DNA from: a virus
Virus record (IMG/VR): IMGVR_UViG_3300031918_000006
Coordinates: 1-64,000 of that record
Reading direction: 5' to 3' (one strand)
DNA length: 64,000 nucleotides
Shown: positions 20,517-31,100 of the stretch, in pieces
How the letters are laid out: every line of letters begins with the position of its first letter
How positions within the stretch are numbered: the first letter of the stretch is position 1
The notes under the pieces: model-generated
Database searches by the model: none
What the model was told of the DNA's origin: nothing
Seen by the model: only the letters and a program-made list of their open reading frames with translations
Translations under genes and position numbers: made by a program

Positions 20517-21494
20517 ATGTTTAATTTTACAACTGAAACAATTTTAAACGACCTATCTAAAGTTAAAGGTCTAATTGGAGCTCTTACTGCTCCAGCATCA
20601 GGATTCAACTGGGATCCAGGTATTGAAGCTACTAAAAAAGCTCTTTACGTAGAACGTATTAACAAATTTATCGTTGGTGGTACTGACGATTACGTTAAAG
20701 GTGCAAAAGTATACAAACGTGTAGCCACTGCTGCTACTCTTGCTCAAAGTAAGATCACTATTCCAACAGTCGTTGTTGGTAATCTATACAGAGTTGGTGT
20801 ACAAGTTTCTACAAACGGATATGCAGACGGACAATTTGCTCGTGACAGGACTACTTATGGTAAACCTTTCTACATTGAGCAAATAGCTACTGCTACTACT
20901 GCTGCTACTTTAGCTACAGCTCTTGCTGCTGCTTGGAACAAGACTTTTGCAACTTATGATAACTTTATCACTGCTACAGTTTCCACAGCTGATTTGATTT
21001 TTACCTCACTAGGTAATCCATTCATTCAGTTCAAAACAATTACATTTGAACAATTAGATTTAATCACAGGATTAGCAACTGATCAAGGACTTGCTGTTAC
21101 TAACGTTGCTGTAGGACAAGCTTCTTTCGGAGATTACACAGATTTACTTAGAAATCATAGATTACCTACTCTTGATAATTTCCGTCCATTTGGTGAAAAC
21201 CAGGAAGAATTACCAGCAGTTGGAGCAACCTATAATCAATATACTTTAGAGTATATTGCAGCACGTGGATCTATGGACCCATCTAGTGTTGGTGGACTTG
21301 CAACTTCTAAAACAACACACGTTTTCTATGTAAACGCAGCTGCTCCAACAGTTATTCGTCACTTACAAGGAACTACAGGACAGACAGGAGCATATTCTTT
21401 TGATATGATTCTAAAAGCACAGGGTTTAAGCATCATTGATGCACAGACTGGAGCTGATTTAACTGCAGGTGTTACTCTTCCAACTGAAGCATAA
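20517..21494 (+). CDS. Putative auxiliary capsid (high-copy structural) protein
   Basis: A/T/G-rich beta protein with MCP-like codon bias, motif GATYNQYTLEY...TTHVFYV, and a terminator downstream. Confidence 0.6.
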   Translation: MFNFTTETILNDLSKVKGLIGALTAPASGFNWDPGIEATKKALYVERINKFIVGGTDDYVKGAKVYKRVATAATLAQSKITIPTVVVGNLYRVGVQVSTNGYADGQFARDRTTYGKPFYIEQIATATTAATLATALAAAWNKTFATYDNFITATVSTADLIFTSLGNPFIQFKTITFEQLDLITGLATDQGLAVTNVAVGQASFGDYTDLLRNHRLPTLDNFRPFGENQEELPAVGATYNQYTLEYIAARGSMDPSSVGGLATSKTTHVFYVNAAAPTVIRHLQGTTGQTGAYSFDMILKAQGLSIIDAQTGADLTAGVTLPTEA

Positions 21495-21520
21495 GATTAT
21501 TTTTATAGACTAATTAACCG

Positions 21521-21553
21521 AAAGGTAGGTAGGGTAACCTATCTACCTTTTTT
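21521..21553 (+). terminator. Intrinsic terminator
   Basis: AAAGGTAGGTAGG-GTAA-CCTATCTACCTTT-TTT. Confidence 0.85.
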
Positions 21554-21565
21554 AATATAACACCA

Positions 21566-22243
21566 ATGACACTAGAACAATTAACTTCTGCTGTATATAA
21601 TAACATAGTCTCTGGTTTAAAAGGAACAAATGCTAACGTACCTGTGGCACATGAACATATAGAAGATTCAATCATTGCGGAGAGGCTTTTAATAATCAAG
21701 GAATATATGATTAAGGGAATTCTCCCAAGAAGGGATCTTTTAATTACAATTCCTTGTTTAGCATTAGAGTGTTTTCCAATAGAGAGATGTCCAGCTTCAT
21801 GTGGAGTAACTAAAGCTGGGACTAATTATTTACATTTTGAACTTCCACAAATTATACAAGACTTTGGAGAAGAAGCTATCGATTTTATAGGTTCTAAGGA
21901 CCATATGAATCCTTTTAAAGTTTACTTGGACAATAGTTTCATCTATAATAAATATCGCACTAGAAGGTCTAATAAGCCCTACGTTTGGGTAGATACTACT
22001 CCTAATAGAAATGGAAAATATGATGTATATGTATTTAATGCACCTTTGATGAAGGAAATTACAGCAGTGATTATTCCAAAGGATCCTAGGCAAATTTCTG
22101 AGTATGCTTGTTGTCCAGATGAACTTGACTACTTCTCATTCTTTTCTGCTGATATAGAGAAAAGAGTATCCGAAAAGTTTTTGAGATATTACAGAGAAGT
22201 CGTATATTTGCATCAACCAAGTGATAATTCAATTAAACCTTAA
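21566..22243 (+). CDS. Putative tail ring/structural protein
   Basis: 225 aa with a Cys cluster (C...CP..C). Sits before the tubular protein. Confidence 0.55.
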   Translation: MTLEQLTSAVYNNIVSGLKGTNANVPVAHEHIEDSIIAERLLIIKEYMIKGILPRRDLLITIPCLALECFPIERCPASCGVTKAGTNYLHFELPQIIQDFGEEAIDFIGSKDHMNPFKVYLDNSFIYNKYRTRRSNKPYVWVDTTPNRNGKYDVYVFNAPLMKEITAVIIPKDPRQISEYACCPDELDYFSFFSADIEKRVSEKFLRYYREVVYLHQPSDNSIKP

Positions 22244-22245
22244 CT

Positions 22246-22935
22246 ATGGAAAAATTTCCCTTTTATACTGCAATGACTATGGTAAAAGATTTCTGGGGAG
22301 TCTCTTTAACTCCCGATGATTTTGAATCTTATGCTTACAATGCATGGAACCACATAGGTAATAAAGACACTAAACTTTATAGATATACCACAACTATTTC
22401 TGGGGGATATATAGATCTCCCTTGTAATGTAGATATTATAGAATCTGTAAACTCTACTATGGAAGATTTTTACAAACCAGAAAATGTTACTAGAGAAGAC
22501 TATTCTAATTTAACAGCACAGTCCTATATAGAAAGTAGAAAAACAGATCAATCTCCTTATTATCAAAGAGGAAAACAACTTAAATATGAGCGCTCAGGTA
22601 ATACATTGTATTTTCCCACAGCAAATCAAATAGACGTTGTTATACTTTATAAAGGAGTGCTAGTAGATGATGATGGATTACCTTCATTAAATTTTAAAGA
22701 AATTGAAGCAATTGCAAACTATTGTGCTTTTATATATTACAGAAAAAAAGGATCAATGACTAAAGATAGTGCTCTGTTGCAAGTATCACAATTAGCCCAA
22801 ACAGCTTGGCAAAAAAGCTGTGATGATGCCAGAACTCCTATTGAATTATCTCAAAACTTTATGAATGATCTTTTAGATGTACAATCTAGTTGGGATCGTA
22901 AACGTTTTGGTAAATCATTTAAACCACTTAAATAA
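22246..22935 (+). CDS. Putative tail tubular (ring 1, P22 gp4-like) protein
   Basis: LPCNVDIIE and YKG..VDDDGLP...EAIA.YC, as recalled for crAss-like tail tubular proteins, plus synteny. Confidence 0.65.
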   Translation: MEKFPFYTAMTMVKDFWGVSLTPDDFESYAYNAWNHIGNKDTKLYRYTTTISGGYIDLPCNVDIIESVNSTMEDFYKPENVTREDYSNLTAQSYIESRKTDQSPYYQRGKQLKYERSGNTLYFPTANQIDVVILYKGVLVDDDGLPSLNFKEIEAIANYCAFIYYRKKGSMTKDSALLQVSQLAQTAWQKSCDDARTPIELSQNFMNDLLDVQSSWDRKRFGKSFKPLK

Positions 22936-23384
22936 TGTATAGACAAGCACACGCTTTTTCTCAACTAGATTTATTTCATACTTATGATGTTAATAATTTA
23001 AAGTTTAAGGAAAATTGTGGAACACATAGAGAAATCAAAGCAATTTATAAATACGAATCAAAAAGTAACTTAGTTGCTAAGATTTTTCTAGCTTTAATAA
23101 AGCTAATAATAAAAGATATGGTTAAGGGTGGGCATACATTTCATTTACCTACTAAAACTATAGCAATGTTTACCTGGAAGAAAATGCAAGATGATAGATT
23201 TAAAAGAGCATATACGGGAGGTAATTTTCCTAATTTAGATTTCATACAGGCCAATTTTACAATATTTACTCCTATTATGAAATTCTATTATAGAAAACAA
23301 TTTGTAGAAAAAGATATGATTCCTTCGTCAGATTTAAAAGGAGAAATTATAGAAAAAACTAATAATGGATTTAAATATTGTTGA
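22935..23384 (+). CDS. Basic protein, possibly a divergent IHF/HU-like DNA-binding protein
   Basis: Helix followed by F.LP strands. Crassvirales carry IHF-like genes between the tubular and stabilization genes. Confidence 0.45.
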   Translation: MYRQAHAFSQLDLFHTYDVNNLKFKENCGTHREIKAIYKYESKSNLVAKIFLALIKLIIKDMVKGGHTFHLPTKTIAMFTWKKMQDDRFKRAYTGGNFPNLDFIQANFTIFTPIMKFYYRKQFVEKDMIPSSDLKGEIIEKTNNGFKYC

Positions 23385-23386
23385 GG

Positions 23387-23944
23387 ATGGCACAAAAAAA
23401 ATATGAAGATTATGCACAAGAACTCTATAAATTATTCCCGCACATAGAAGAAAAATCTATAGATGATATAGCAAATTTTGGATTAAAAAAAATTTATCAT
23501 TATGCAAAAACAGGAGGAGATATATTCTTAAGAGTTCTATCATTTTATTTATTTATTGGGAATTATAAAAAAGAGGGAGAAAATCAGTGGATTAGTAGTA
23601 CACACAGAGAACATATTAAAAGAAGAAAGCTATTTAAAGAGAAAAAAATTGCTTGGAATAGAAAGCATTATTTTGGACTCACAGAAGAAGAAAACTCTGA
23701 GTTTTTGAAAAATAAAACTCTTCCCATTATTTCTCTTTATAAATTAATGAAAGAATGTGCTATAAGAAAGGATATTAGATATATCTATCAAACTGATTTA
23801 GGTTACACACAAATTGATAAAAAAGTCCTTTGGTCTGAAAAAAGAGAAAACTTTTCCATAGATGATTGTATTCCCTCTAAAGAAGGGACTATACTATTAG
23901 AGAAAAGAAAGAATAATAGGGAGTTAAAATTAAAAACTTTATAA
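23387..23944 (+). CDS. Basic hypothetical protein (possibly IHF-like N-terminus)
   Basis: ATG 23387 preferred to TTG 23378. K/R-rich, and abuts the next gene. Confidence 0.5.
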   Translation: MAQKKYEDYAQELYKLFPHIEEKSIDDIANFGLKKIYHYAKTGGDIFLRVLSFYLFIGNYKKEGENQWISSTHREHIKRRKLFKEKKIAWNRKHYFGLTEEENSEFLKNKTLPIISLYKLMKECAIRKDIRYIYQTDLGYTQIDKKVLWSEKRENFSIDDCIPSKEGTILLEKRKNNRELKLKTL

Positions 23945-26900
23945 ATGAAAAAAATCACACAGAATAGTTTTGGTAAAGGCATGAACATGGATCTTAATCC
24001 ATTATCTACACCAAAGGATGTACTAACAGACTGCTTAAATGGAACTATCATCACATATAATGGAGATGAATTTAATCTTCAGACTGAATTAGGAAATGTA
24101 CAAGTAAGAGTTACTGGTGCAGACACAGAAGATCCAGATGCTCTTCCACAAGGATTTATTCCTCTGGGAATTAAAGAGTATAATGGAATCATGTATATAG
24201 TAGCCCATAATCCATTTACCAAGGAAACGAGAGTTGGAAGTTTACCTTCTCCTCAAAGATATGTGGTTGTTAGTGATGGTGATAACTTAACTACTAAAAC
24301 TATAGCTGATTTATGGGGAGATTCTGCTGGACTAAAACAATCTATTAGTATAAACCATGGAATGAATTTATTAACTTCATTTATTACAAGTGGAGATAAA
24401 TTTAGAATTGCTTTAACTCTTGATGGATTAACTTGGGCTCATGCACACGAACTTTTAACTAAGTTTGTGAATAACTATGCCCCTACCTCAGTAAATGGAA
24501 AAGACAGGGGAACTGGTTATTTTAACTTCAACTATTATGTCATGGACATAGATGGTAATTTAACTCCTATTCCATTAAGTCTTTCTCCTAATTTTACAGG
24601 TGATTATTCTGATATAGATTTCACACCATCTCCTGGTTTAGGTGGAATAAATGGTGTTTATAAAGTATACAAAGATGATGCTAAGGCTGTTATTGTAGTG
24701 ATAATGACTCCATGTACTTTAGAGGCATTTGATTTTACACTTGCTGGGGATAATACAGGAAATATTTTAAAATCTAAAATTATTTTCAATAAAAGTTCTA
24801 TTATTGAGAACTCTGCTATTAAAGTCAAGACAATAAAAATAAAAACAACTAGTTCTGAGGGAACTACTATTGCTGATAAATATTTTGATTATGAAGCATA
24901 TCAAAATGGCACAATGGAAGTTATCATTACTAAAGAAGATGTGCCAAATACTGCTGTGTCTTTTACAGCAGGTACTGTATTAACAGTAACTTGCACTCCT
25001 ATAGATCAATTTGGTAGAGAATTGATTGATCTTACTGTGACCAAAACTTATGAGATCAGTTCTTTACCTTTAGGTATAGACGCTCATAGTCATTTTACTT
25101 ACGTTTTAAATGATAATGATACTATTACAATAAAATATAATTTCTTGTATAAAGGACAGGTAGGAATTGTAAATACGAATATTGAGTTTTATGATTTTTG
25201 GTCCAACATAAGTACTTTAAAGATGGATATACCAATAGTAGATGGTGAATGCTCAGTGACCCTTTCTTTATCTGCTGCTCCTGCTTCTAAAATATTTGAT
25301 GGAACTACACAAGGTGGTTATCCTACCTCAGGTATAGAAACTTCTGTATCTACTCAAAAAATAATGGCCTCTGGTAATAGAAAAACTAGAACAACTATTC
25401 TTAGAAAAAATCACTGTTACTTAATTAGAATATTTGGAACAGAAACTGTTGATTATAATATCTTTCAGTTATTATATACCTTACCAATTCCTAAATTTGT
25501 AAATACAAATGCTAAGAATTTTGGTTCAATTGATATTGTACAAGGTTTACTTCAAAATGGCAATTATGATCTTGATTTTGTAGGAACACAATTAGCAGAC
25601 AGTACTCAGGGACTATTAACATTAACAAATACTCCAGTTTTTACTGCCAATACAACAAATTATAATCCAATTTCTGGAGATCCTACAGATGCATATCGTT
25701 TATATGGTGGCCCAGTTTTTAATGAATATTACAAACCATCTACAGAAGCTTTAAAAAAGACAAATTGGTCTTATGTGGACTCTTATTATAGAAATCCATA
25801 TGATGGACTTTTCTATAACGGATTAGATAGTGTTATTACTAATATAGGATATCATAATTTCTCAGAAATATCAATGAAGTTAGGATTTACAAATTCTAAT
25901 GTAACTTTTAGTCCAACTTTATTTCCAGCTGGTAATGCATATCTTTCAACTCCTTTAAGTACTGGAGGATCTCCTAAAGACTTTAAATTTAAACTCTTAA
26001 GTAATTGTAATATTACCACTGCAAATCAAACAGGAACTATTAAATTAATACCTTATAGTAAAGTGAATTCTGGTACTCCTCTTTTATTTGGAGAAGTGGA
26101 CCATACTTTATTTAAAAAGAGTATACAAATAAAAGGGAACTTAATAAATTTTACCACTAACATATTTGATAAAGACTTTACTTATAGTAATTTCCCAGAC
26201 ATAGTTACTAATTTTACTTGGTTAAAAGGAGGGGTAGATAATACTGCTAGTACTTCAGCTACAGTAAAAGCAAGTTTAACTACAACTGATATTTTAGACA
26301 CAGTTACTCTCTCAAATATTACCTTAGCATCACAAAGATTAACCACTGCCCCATCTCTATTCTCTTCTTATAATAAAACTTTTGCAAGAAATAAGAACTT
26401 TAGATATTTTACATGGGAATCTGCTCAAACTGCTAAATCTAAAAGATACAATGCTAACTCATATGCTACATTAAGTGATTATACTGATTTTAAATTAGTT
26501 GGAGGAGATGATAATGCCAGAAGTTTTACTATTATAGTTCCACCGACTGGATCATTAGTAAATAAAATTGTTACATATGCTTGTACCTTAGGTATAGATA
26601 TTAATCTTTCTTTAGAATTATCTGATATTTATAGTACAGATTTAATTTACACAGCTATTCAAAATATAGGAGTGCTTGTAGATCAAATTACTGGAAATAA
26701 AATCTCAGAAGTTAGAACAGGTGTTACCTTTACTCCTACTCAATTCGTAATTGGTTGTAACTCATCTTCTGCGGGAAATAATGTTTTGCAAACTATTTAC
26801 CAAGTATACAAAACTAATACTCCTATTTATGTAGATCTATTAGTATCAGATCCAGCAATAGCATTAAATGTCTACAATCAATTATGGCTTTCTGATTTAG

Positions 26901-28138
26901 TAACTAGACCTTATATTGGTATGGTAGGGTCAACTTATTTAGATGATCTATGTGTATATCAAAGTTATAAGGAAACTATCTTAGCACAATATGCTGATAG
27001 TGCAAATATTGATTATGTGTCTACAGGAACAGATACTTTAGATTTAACGGCCAATAATGTAATTTATAATACTAATACTCCAGTAATAGATAAGTCTCTT
27101 AGATACTTAACTAAAACTTGTTTTGGATCTGCTACTTTAATGCCATTTACTCTTAAATCCATGGATGATATTATAACTAATTGGAAGAGTAATAACGCAA
27201 GTTTCCAAATTTTGTATAACTTTGCCAAAGTAGATGGGGGAGATAGAAACATTCCTTGGAATTATATAAGTCTTCCTATCTGCACAGTACCTCTTAGAAA
27301 CACTAGAATACAATTGAATGCTGGAAGTCCTGTAGCAATGCAAAATATCTTTACAAATAGTAAAACACGATTAGAAGCTTCTACTCCTTTAATTTCACAA
27401 ACAGGAATTACTCCAGTAATTAAATCGGTATTATCAGGTGATCTATATACAGTACAAACTACAAATCCTTATTTCTCTTTAATAGATAGTAATGCCTCAA
27501 ATAATATAAATAATACTGTACTAAAAATTCCTGTAATTAATACCACAACTTTAGCTGGTAGAATTATGCAAACAGAAAATGCATATGGAATTGACAAATA
27601 TTTAGTAGATCCTCCAAGTATAACAGAAATTACAAATGGAAGAACCTATACAGCAGGAGAAAGTTTTGGAGGAGGAATTATATTTTATGTAGATGGCACA
27701 GGAAAACATGGTTTAATAGTAGCAAAAGAAGATTGCAGTGTTGGTATATTCTGGGCTAGAAATTCTGGATGTACTTGTGGAGCAACTTATACAACAGGAG
27801 CTTCAGGTACAGTCATTGGAACTGGTTATACAAATACAAATATTATTAGTGCTAATTGTTGTGCTAGTCCATATGCAGTTTCAACTTGTTTGAGTTACAG
27901 TTCTAATGGTTACATTGATTGGTTTTTTCCAAGTGTCTCTGAGATGCAAAGAATGTATACTGCAGGAATGTTAAGTAAAGGAATTGGAATTAGTACAAGT
28001 CAAGATTACTGGACTTCAAGTGAATCTACTGGAGGTACAAGTGACCATTATGCTTTTATGTATAATTTTGGAAGTAATACTTCTGCAGCAGTATTAAAAA
28101 ATAATGATCGTAGAGTAAGAGCAATTAGAAAATTTTAA
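23945..28138 (+). CDS. Large tail protein: stabilization-protein-like N-terminus, C-terminal DUF1566/C-type-lectin-like domain
   Basis: N-terminal NSFGKGMNMDLNP...DCLNGT...ELGN. C-terminal GGGIIFYVD..G.HGLI...DWFFPS..E...YWTSSE...VRAIRKF. Confidence 0.75.
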   Translation: MKKITQNSFGKGMNMDLNPLSTPKDVLTDCLNGTIITYNGDEFNLQTELGNVQVRVTGADTEDPDALPQGFIPLGIKEYNGIMYIVAHNPFTKETRVGSLPSPQRYVVVSDGDNLTTKTIADLWGDSAGLKQSISINHGMNLLTSFITSGDKFRIALTLDGLTWAHAHELLTKFVNNYAPTSVNGKDRGTGYFNFNYYVMDIDGNLTPIPLSLSPNFTGDYSDIDFTPSPGLGGINGVYKVYKDDAKAVIVVIMTPCTLEAFDFTLAGDNTGNILKSKIIFNKSSIIENSAIKVKTIKIKTTSSEGTTIADKYFDYEAYQNGTMEVIITKEDVPNTAVSFTAGTVLTVTCTPIDQFGRELIDLTVTKTYEISSLPLGIDAHSHFTYVLNDNDTITIKYNFLYKGQVGIVNTNIEFYDFWSNISTLKMDIPIVDGECSVTLSLSAAPASKIFDGTTQGGYPTSGIETSVSTQKIMASGNRKTRTTILRKNHCYLIRIFGTETVDYNIFQLLYTLPIPKFVNTNAKNFGSIDIVQGLLQNGNYDLDFVGTQLADSTQGLLTLTNTPVFTANTTNYNPISGDPTDAYRLYGGPVFNEYYKPSTEALKKTNWSYVDSYYRNPYDGLFYNGLDSVITNIGYHNFSEISMKLGFTNSNVTFSPTLFPAGNAYLSTPLSTGGSPKDFKFKLLSNCNITTANQTGTIKLIPYSKVNSGTPLLFGEVDHTLFKKSIQIKGNLINFTTNIFDKDFTYSNFPDIVTNFTWLKGGVDNTASTSATVKASLTTTDILDTVTLSNITLASQRLTTAPSLFSSYNKTFARNKNFRYFTWESAQTAKSKRYNANSYATLSDYTDFKLVGGDDNARSFTIIVPPTGSLVNKIVTYACTLGIDINLSLELSDIYSTDLIYTAIQNIGVLVDQITGNKISEVRTGVTFTPTQFVIGCNSSSAGNNVLQTIYQVYKTNTPIYVDLLVSDPAIALNVYNQLWLSDLVTRPYIGMVGSTYLDDLCVYQSYKETILAQYADSANIDYVSTGTDTLDLTANNVIYNTNTPVIDKSLRYLTKTCFGSATLMPFTLKSMDDIITNWKSNNASFQILYNFAKVDGGDRNIPWNYISLPICTVPLRNTRIQLNAGSPVAMQNIFTNSKTRLEASTPLISQTGITPVIKSVLSGDLYTVQTTNPYFSLIDSNASNNINNTVLKIPVINTTTLAGRIMQTENAYGIDKYLVDPPSITEITNGRTYTAGESFGGGIIFYVDGTGKHGLIVAKEDCSVGIFWARNSGCTCGATYTTGASGTVIGTGYTNTNIISANCCASPYAVSTCLSYSSNGYIDWFFPSVSEMQRMYTAGMLSKGIGISTSQDYWTSSESTGGTSDHYAFMYNFGSNTSAAVLKNNDRRVRAIRKF

Positions 28139-28147
28139 AAATAAAAT

Positions 28148-31100
28148 ATGATAAAACTTTATTACACAGGGTTAGATCTACCTGAAATAGATCCAAATAC
28201 ATATACTACTCTGTTATTAGATTTAGCTAGTAGACTTTCTTACACTTTACCAGTGGATTTTAAGTTTGAATTTAATGTATTACTAGATAAAAATTTAATT
28301 GAGGGAGATCTCTCTTATGTTTTTAAACCATTCCAAAACATTAGATATTCTGGAAATACTGATGAAATAGCTGGGAAAATTAGTGGAGAGTTAATTGATT
28401 TTTCTACTACTAAATTGGATTATTCTATTAACTATCCAGTAGAAATTGAAATTCAACCCTCATATGATGGAACTGTAAACTTAATTCTCTCTGATAATCA
28501 CACTCCTCCTAGGTTAATTAACTCTAGATTTAGTGTAACTGAGGGTCGTCGTTTCTATATTGTAGATAGAGAAGGTAATAAAGATACTAATATTTATGAT
28601 GATGATAAAATTGATAATCAAACTCGCTTATATAAAACCATTAATAGAATTCCCAAACTTGAATTTTTAGGATTAGATAATGATGGTAAATTAAATGTGG
28701 GTAATTATGTTTTTTATTTTAGATTAGTAGATGCTGATGGAAATGAAACTGATATAATCACAGAAAGTGGTATAATTAGTTGCCACATTGGTAATATTAA
28801 TGATCCTAAATCTATTAGAGGAGGAATGGGTAATGAAAACAGTGGTAAAGCATTAACATTTAGACTGACCAATCTAGATAGTAATTATAATTTTTTAAAC
28901 ATTTATTACTCACGTAGTACCTCAGATTATTCTGAAAAAGAGATTACTACTTATTATAAAATTGATACTAAATTTACTATTAAATCTCAGTCTATTGATT
29001 TAAAGATTACTGGTTTTGAAGCCATTTCTCCAATTACTAAAGAGAGTATTAATGTTCAATATAATATAATTGATAGAAATAAAACTCTAGCTCAAGCTCA
29101 GAATATGTTATTTCTCTCAAATATTCATAGAACTACAATTCCATATAGAGAATTAAAGGACCTATCTTTAAGAATTTTACCTTTTCCAGAACAATCTATG
29201 AATATTGGGGCATTAACTCCAGAATACACACCAATTTCTGAGGGTAAATTTGCTTATTTTGATAGTAATAATGTGTATGAATACACAGGATATTGGGATG
29301 AGGAAATGTATAGATTAGCTATAGTCTACATTATGAAAGATTATTCTTTATCTGATCCTTACAATATTAGAGGTAAAGATTTTAGTAATAATTCAGTTAT
29401 GACTATTTCCCCAAGTAATCCTTACACTAATTTCTATTCAGAAAAACCTTTATATGATGGTAAAGGAAATAGACTTTATATTGAGGAAGAAGATAATTTA
29501 TTAGTGGGATCTAAATATAAATTGGAGAATACTAAAGGTGTAATTAAAATTGGAGGTATGGGAATTACCTCACAAATTACCAATTCTGAAACTAAACCTA
29601 TTACTATTAAAGTAGTGGTTCCAATTGATGTACAAACAGAATTAAAAAAATATACTAAAGGTTTCTTTCTTGTAAGACAAAAAAGGATCCCAACTATCTT
29701 GTGCCAAGGTTTATCTATTGGCCATGATAAAATGTCTGGATTACCTTTACTTCCTGAATATAGTAATGACGTTAAAAAATTAGTACATACTGTACAAGGA
29801 GTTCATATTTATAAACCAAAATACTCTTCAAATTATGCAAATACTTCTTATACAAGTATTAATGCAGCTTTAAAAGACACTTCTTTCTATAGACTTCCTT
29901 CAAAAGGCGAGAGTTTTTTTACCTTTGTAAATGATAGTATTTTAAAGAGTGCCTCTATAGAAAATCTAAATCCAGGAGGTGCACTTTTAGTACCAGATGC
30001 TTTATTAAATTCTGAGTATCTCTCACAAATGTTTAGCGGTTCAGATTTCTCATTAACAAGTGCTAAATTTAAAACTATAAGTGGTGGATTTCAAAGATAC
30101 TTCTCAGCCACAGATGTTCCTGTAAATAAAACTTTAGAGGAATTAGATGATTTAGCCACACATTTCGTAATTACTGATTACACTGAAAACTTAATACCTT
30201 CCTCAGAAAAATCAAAATTAATTTTAGTTCCTGAGGATACTACTTCTATTAGTTTGGATACTTCCTACTATTCTACACGCGCTGGAGAAGCAGAGGAAGC
30301 TTGGAGATTTTCTGCATTCTTAAAAAAAGAATTAGAAATTGTTGAAACTGATGTAACTCTAGATGGAGTTACTTATAAAAAAGAATCTAATGATTTAATT
30401 AGAGGAGTATTTACACCTTTTATTGGAGCTTTGGGTACTTTAAAAACTTCCGGGGGTTTTTATAATATTAGAACACTTGGTTACTCAGATAATAATGTCT
30501 CTGATTATTTCAAAGTACGTTATAATGATAATTCTCCATTCATGGCTATTTCAGATAGATATGATTGGGATCGTTTTGATATAGATGCTGTCCCACAAGA
30601 CACTTATAAAACTTTAAGTTTATACAGAGGAGATTGTTTTATTAACCAGGTTTCTGTAAGAATGTTAAGAAATTTTCAAGATCCTGAATCACCTGTAAAT
30701 GATATAATAGTAGATGTTAATACTTTAGAAAATTTTAAAGGATATGGAGTAAAACTTACTGATACATTAGAGCTTAATAAAGAAAGTCTTGAGAAAATTA
30801 ATAGAGGAGATGTAAATGCTGTTAGATTAGGATACTGGGCAACTTTTAAATTTTGTAGTAACATTAATTTTGCTTTTAGATGTGTTGATCCTACTTATAT
30901 CTCAGAGTATGCTCTAGCAGGCAGGCCCAGGTCATTCCATCCTTTATATAGTAGAAGTTTGTCGGGTACAGCTAAGATAGCAGATTCTGGAGCTATGAAT
31001 GTAGGTTATAACTCAACTACTTCTGATAAATATTATTATTCAGTCACAGACATTCCTGCTATTAAAAATGATTTTACAAATCGTGTAATGTACTCACAAG

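Noticed and set aside
23370-23400. Other C-terminal cysteines (GFKYC at 23384; SKKC at 35809; CGCNA at 13266) as members of the Cys-junction system
   Set aside because: The downstream genes lack an N-terminal Cys, so the paired pattern is absent.
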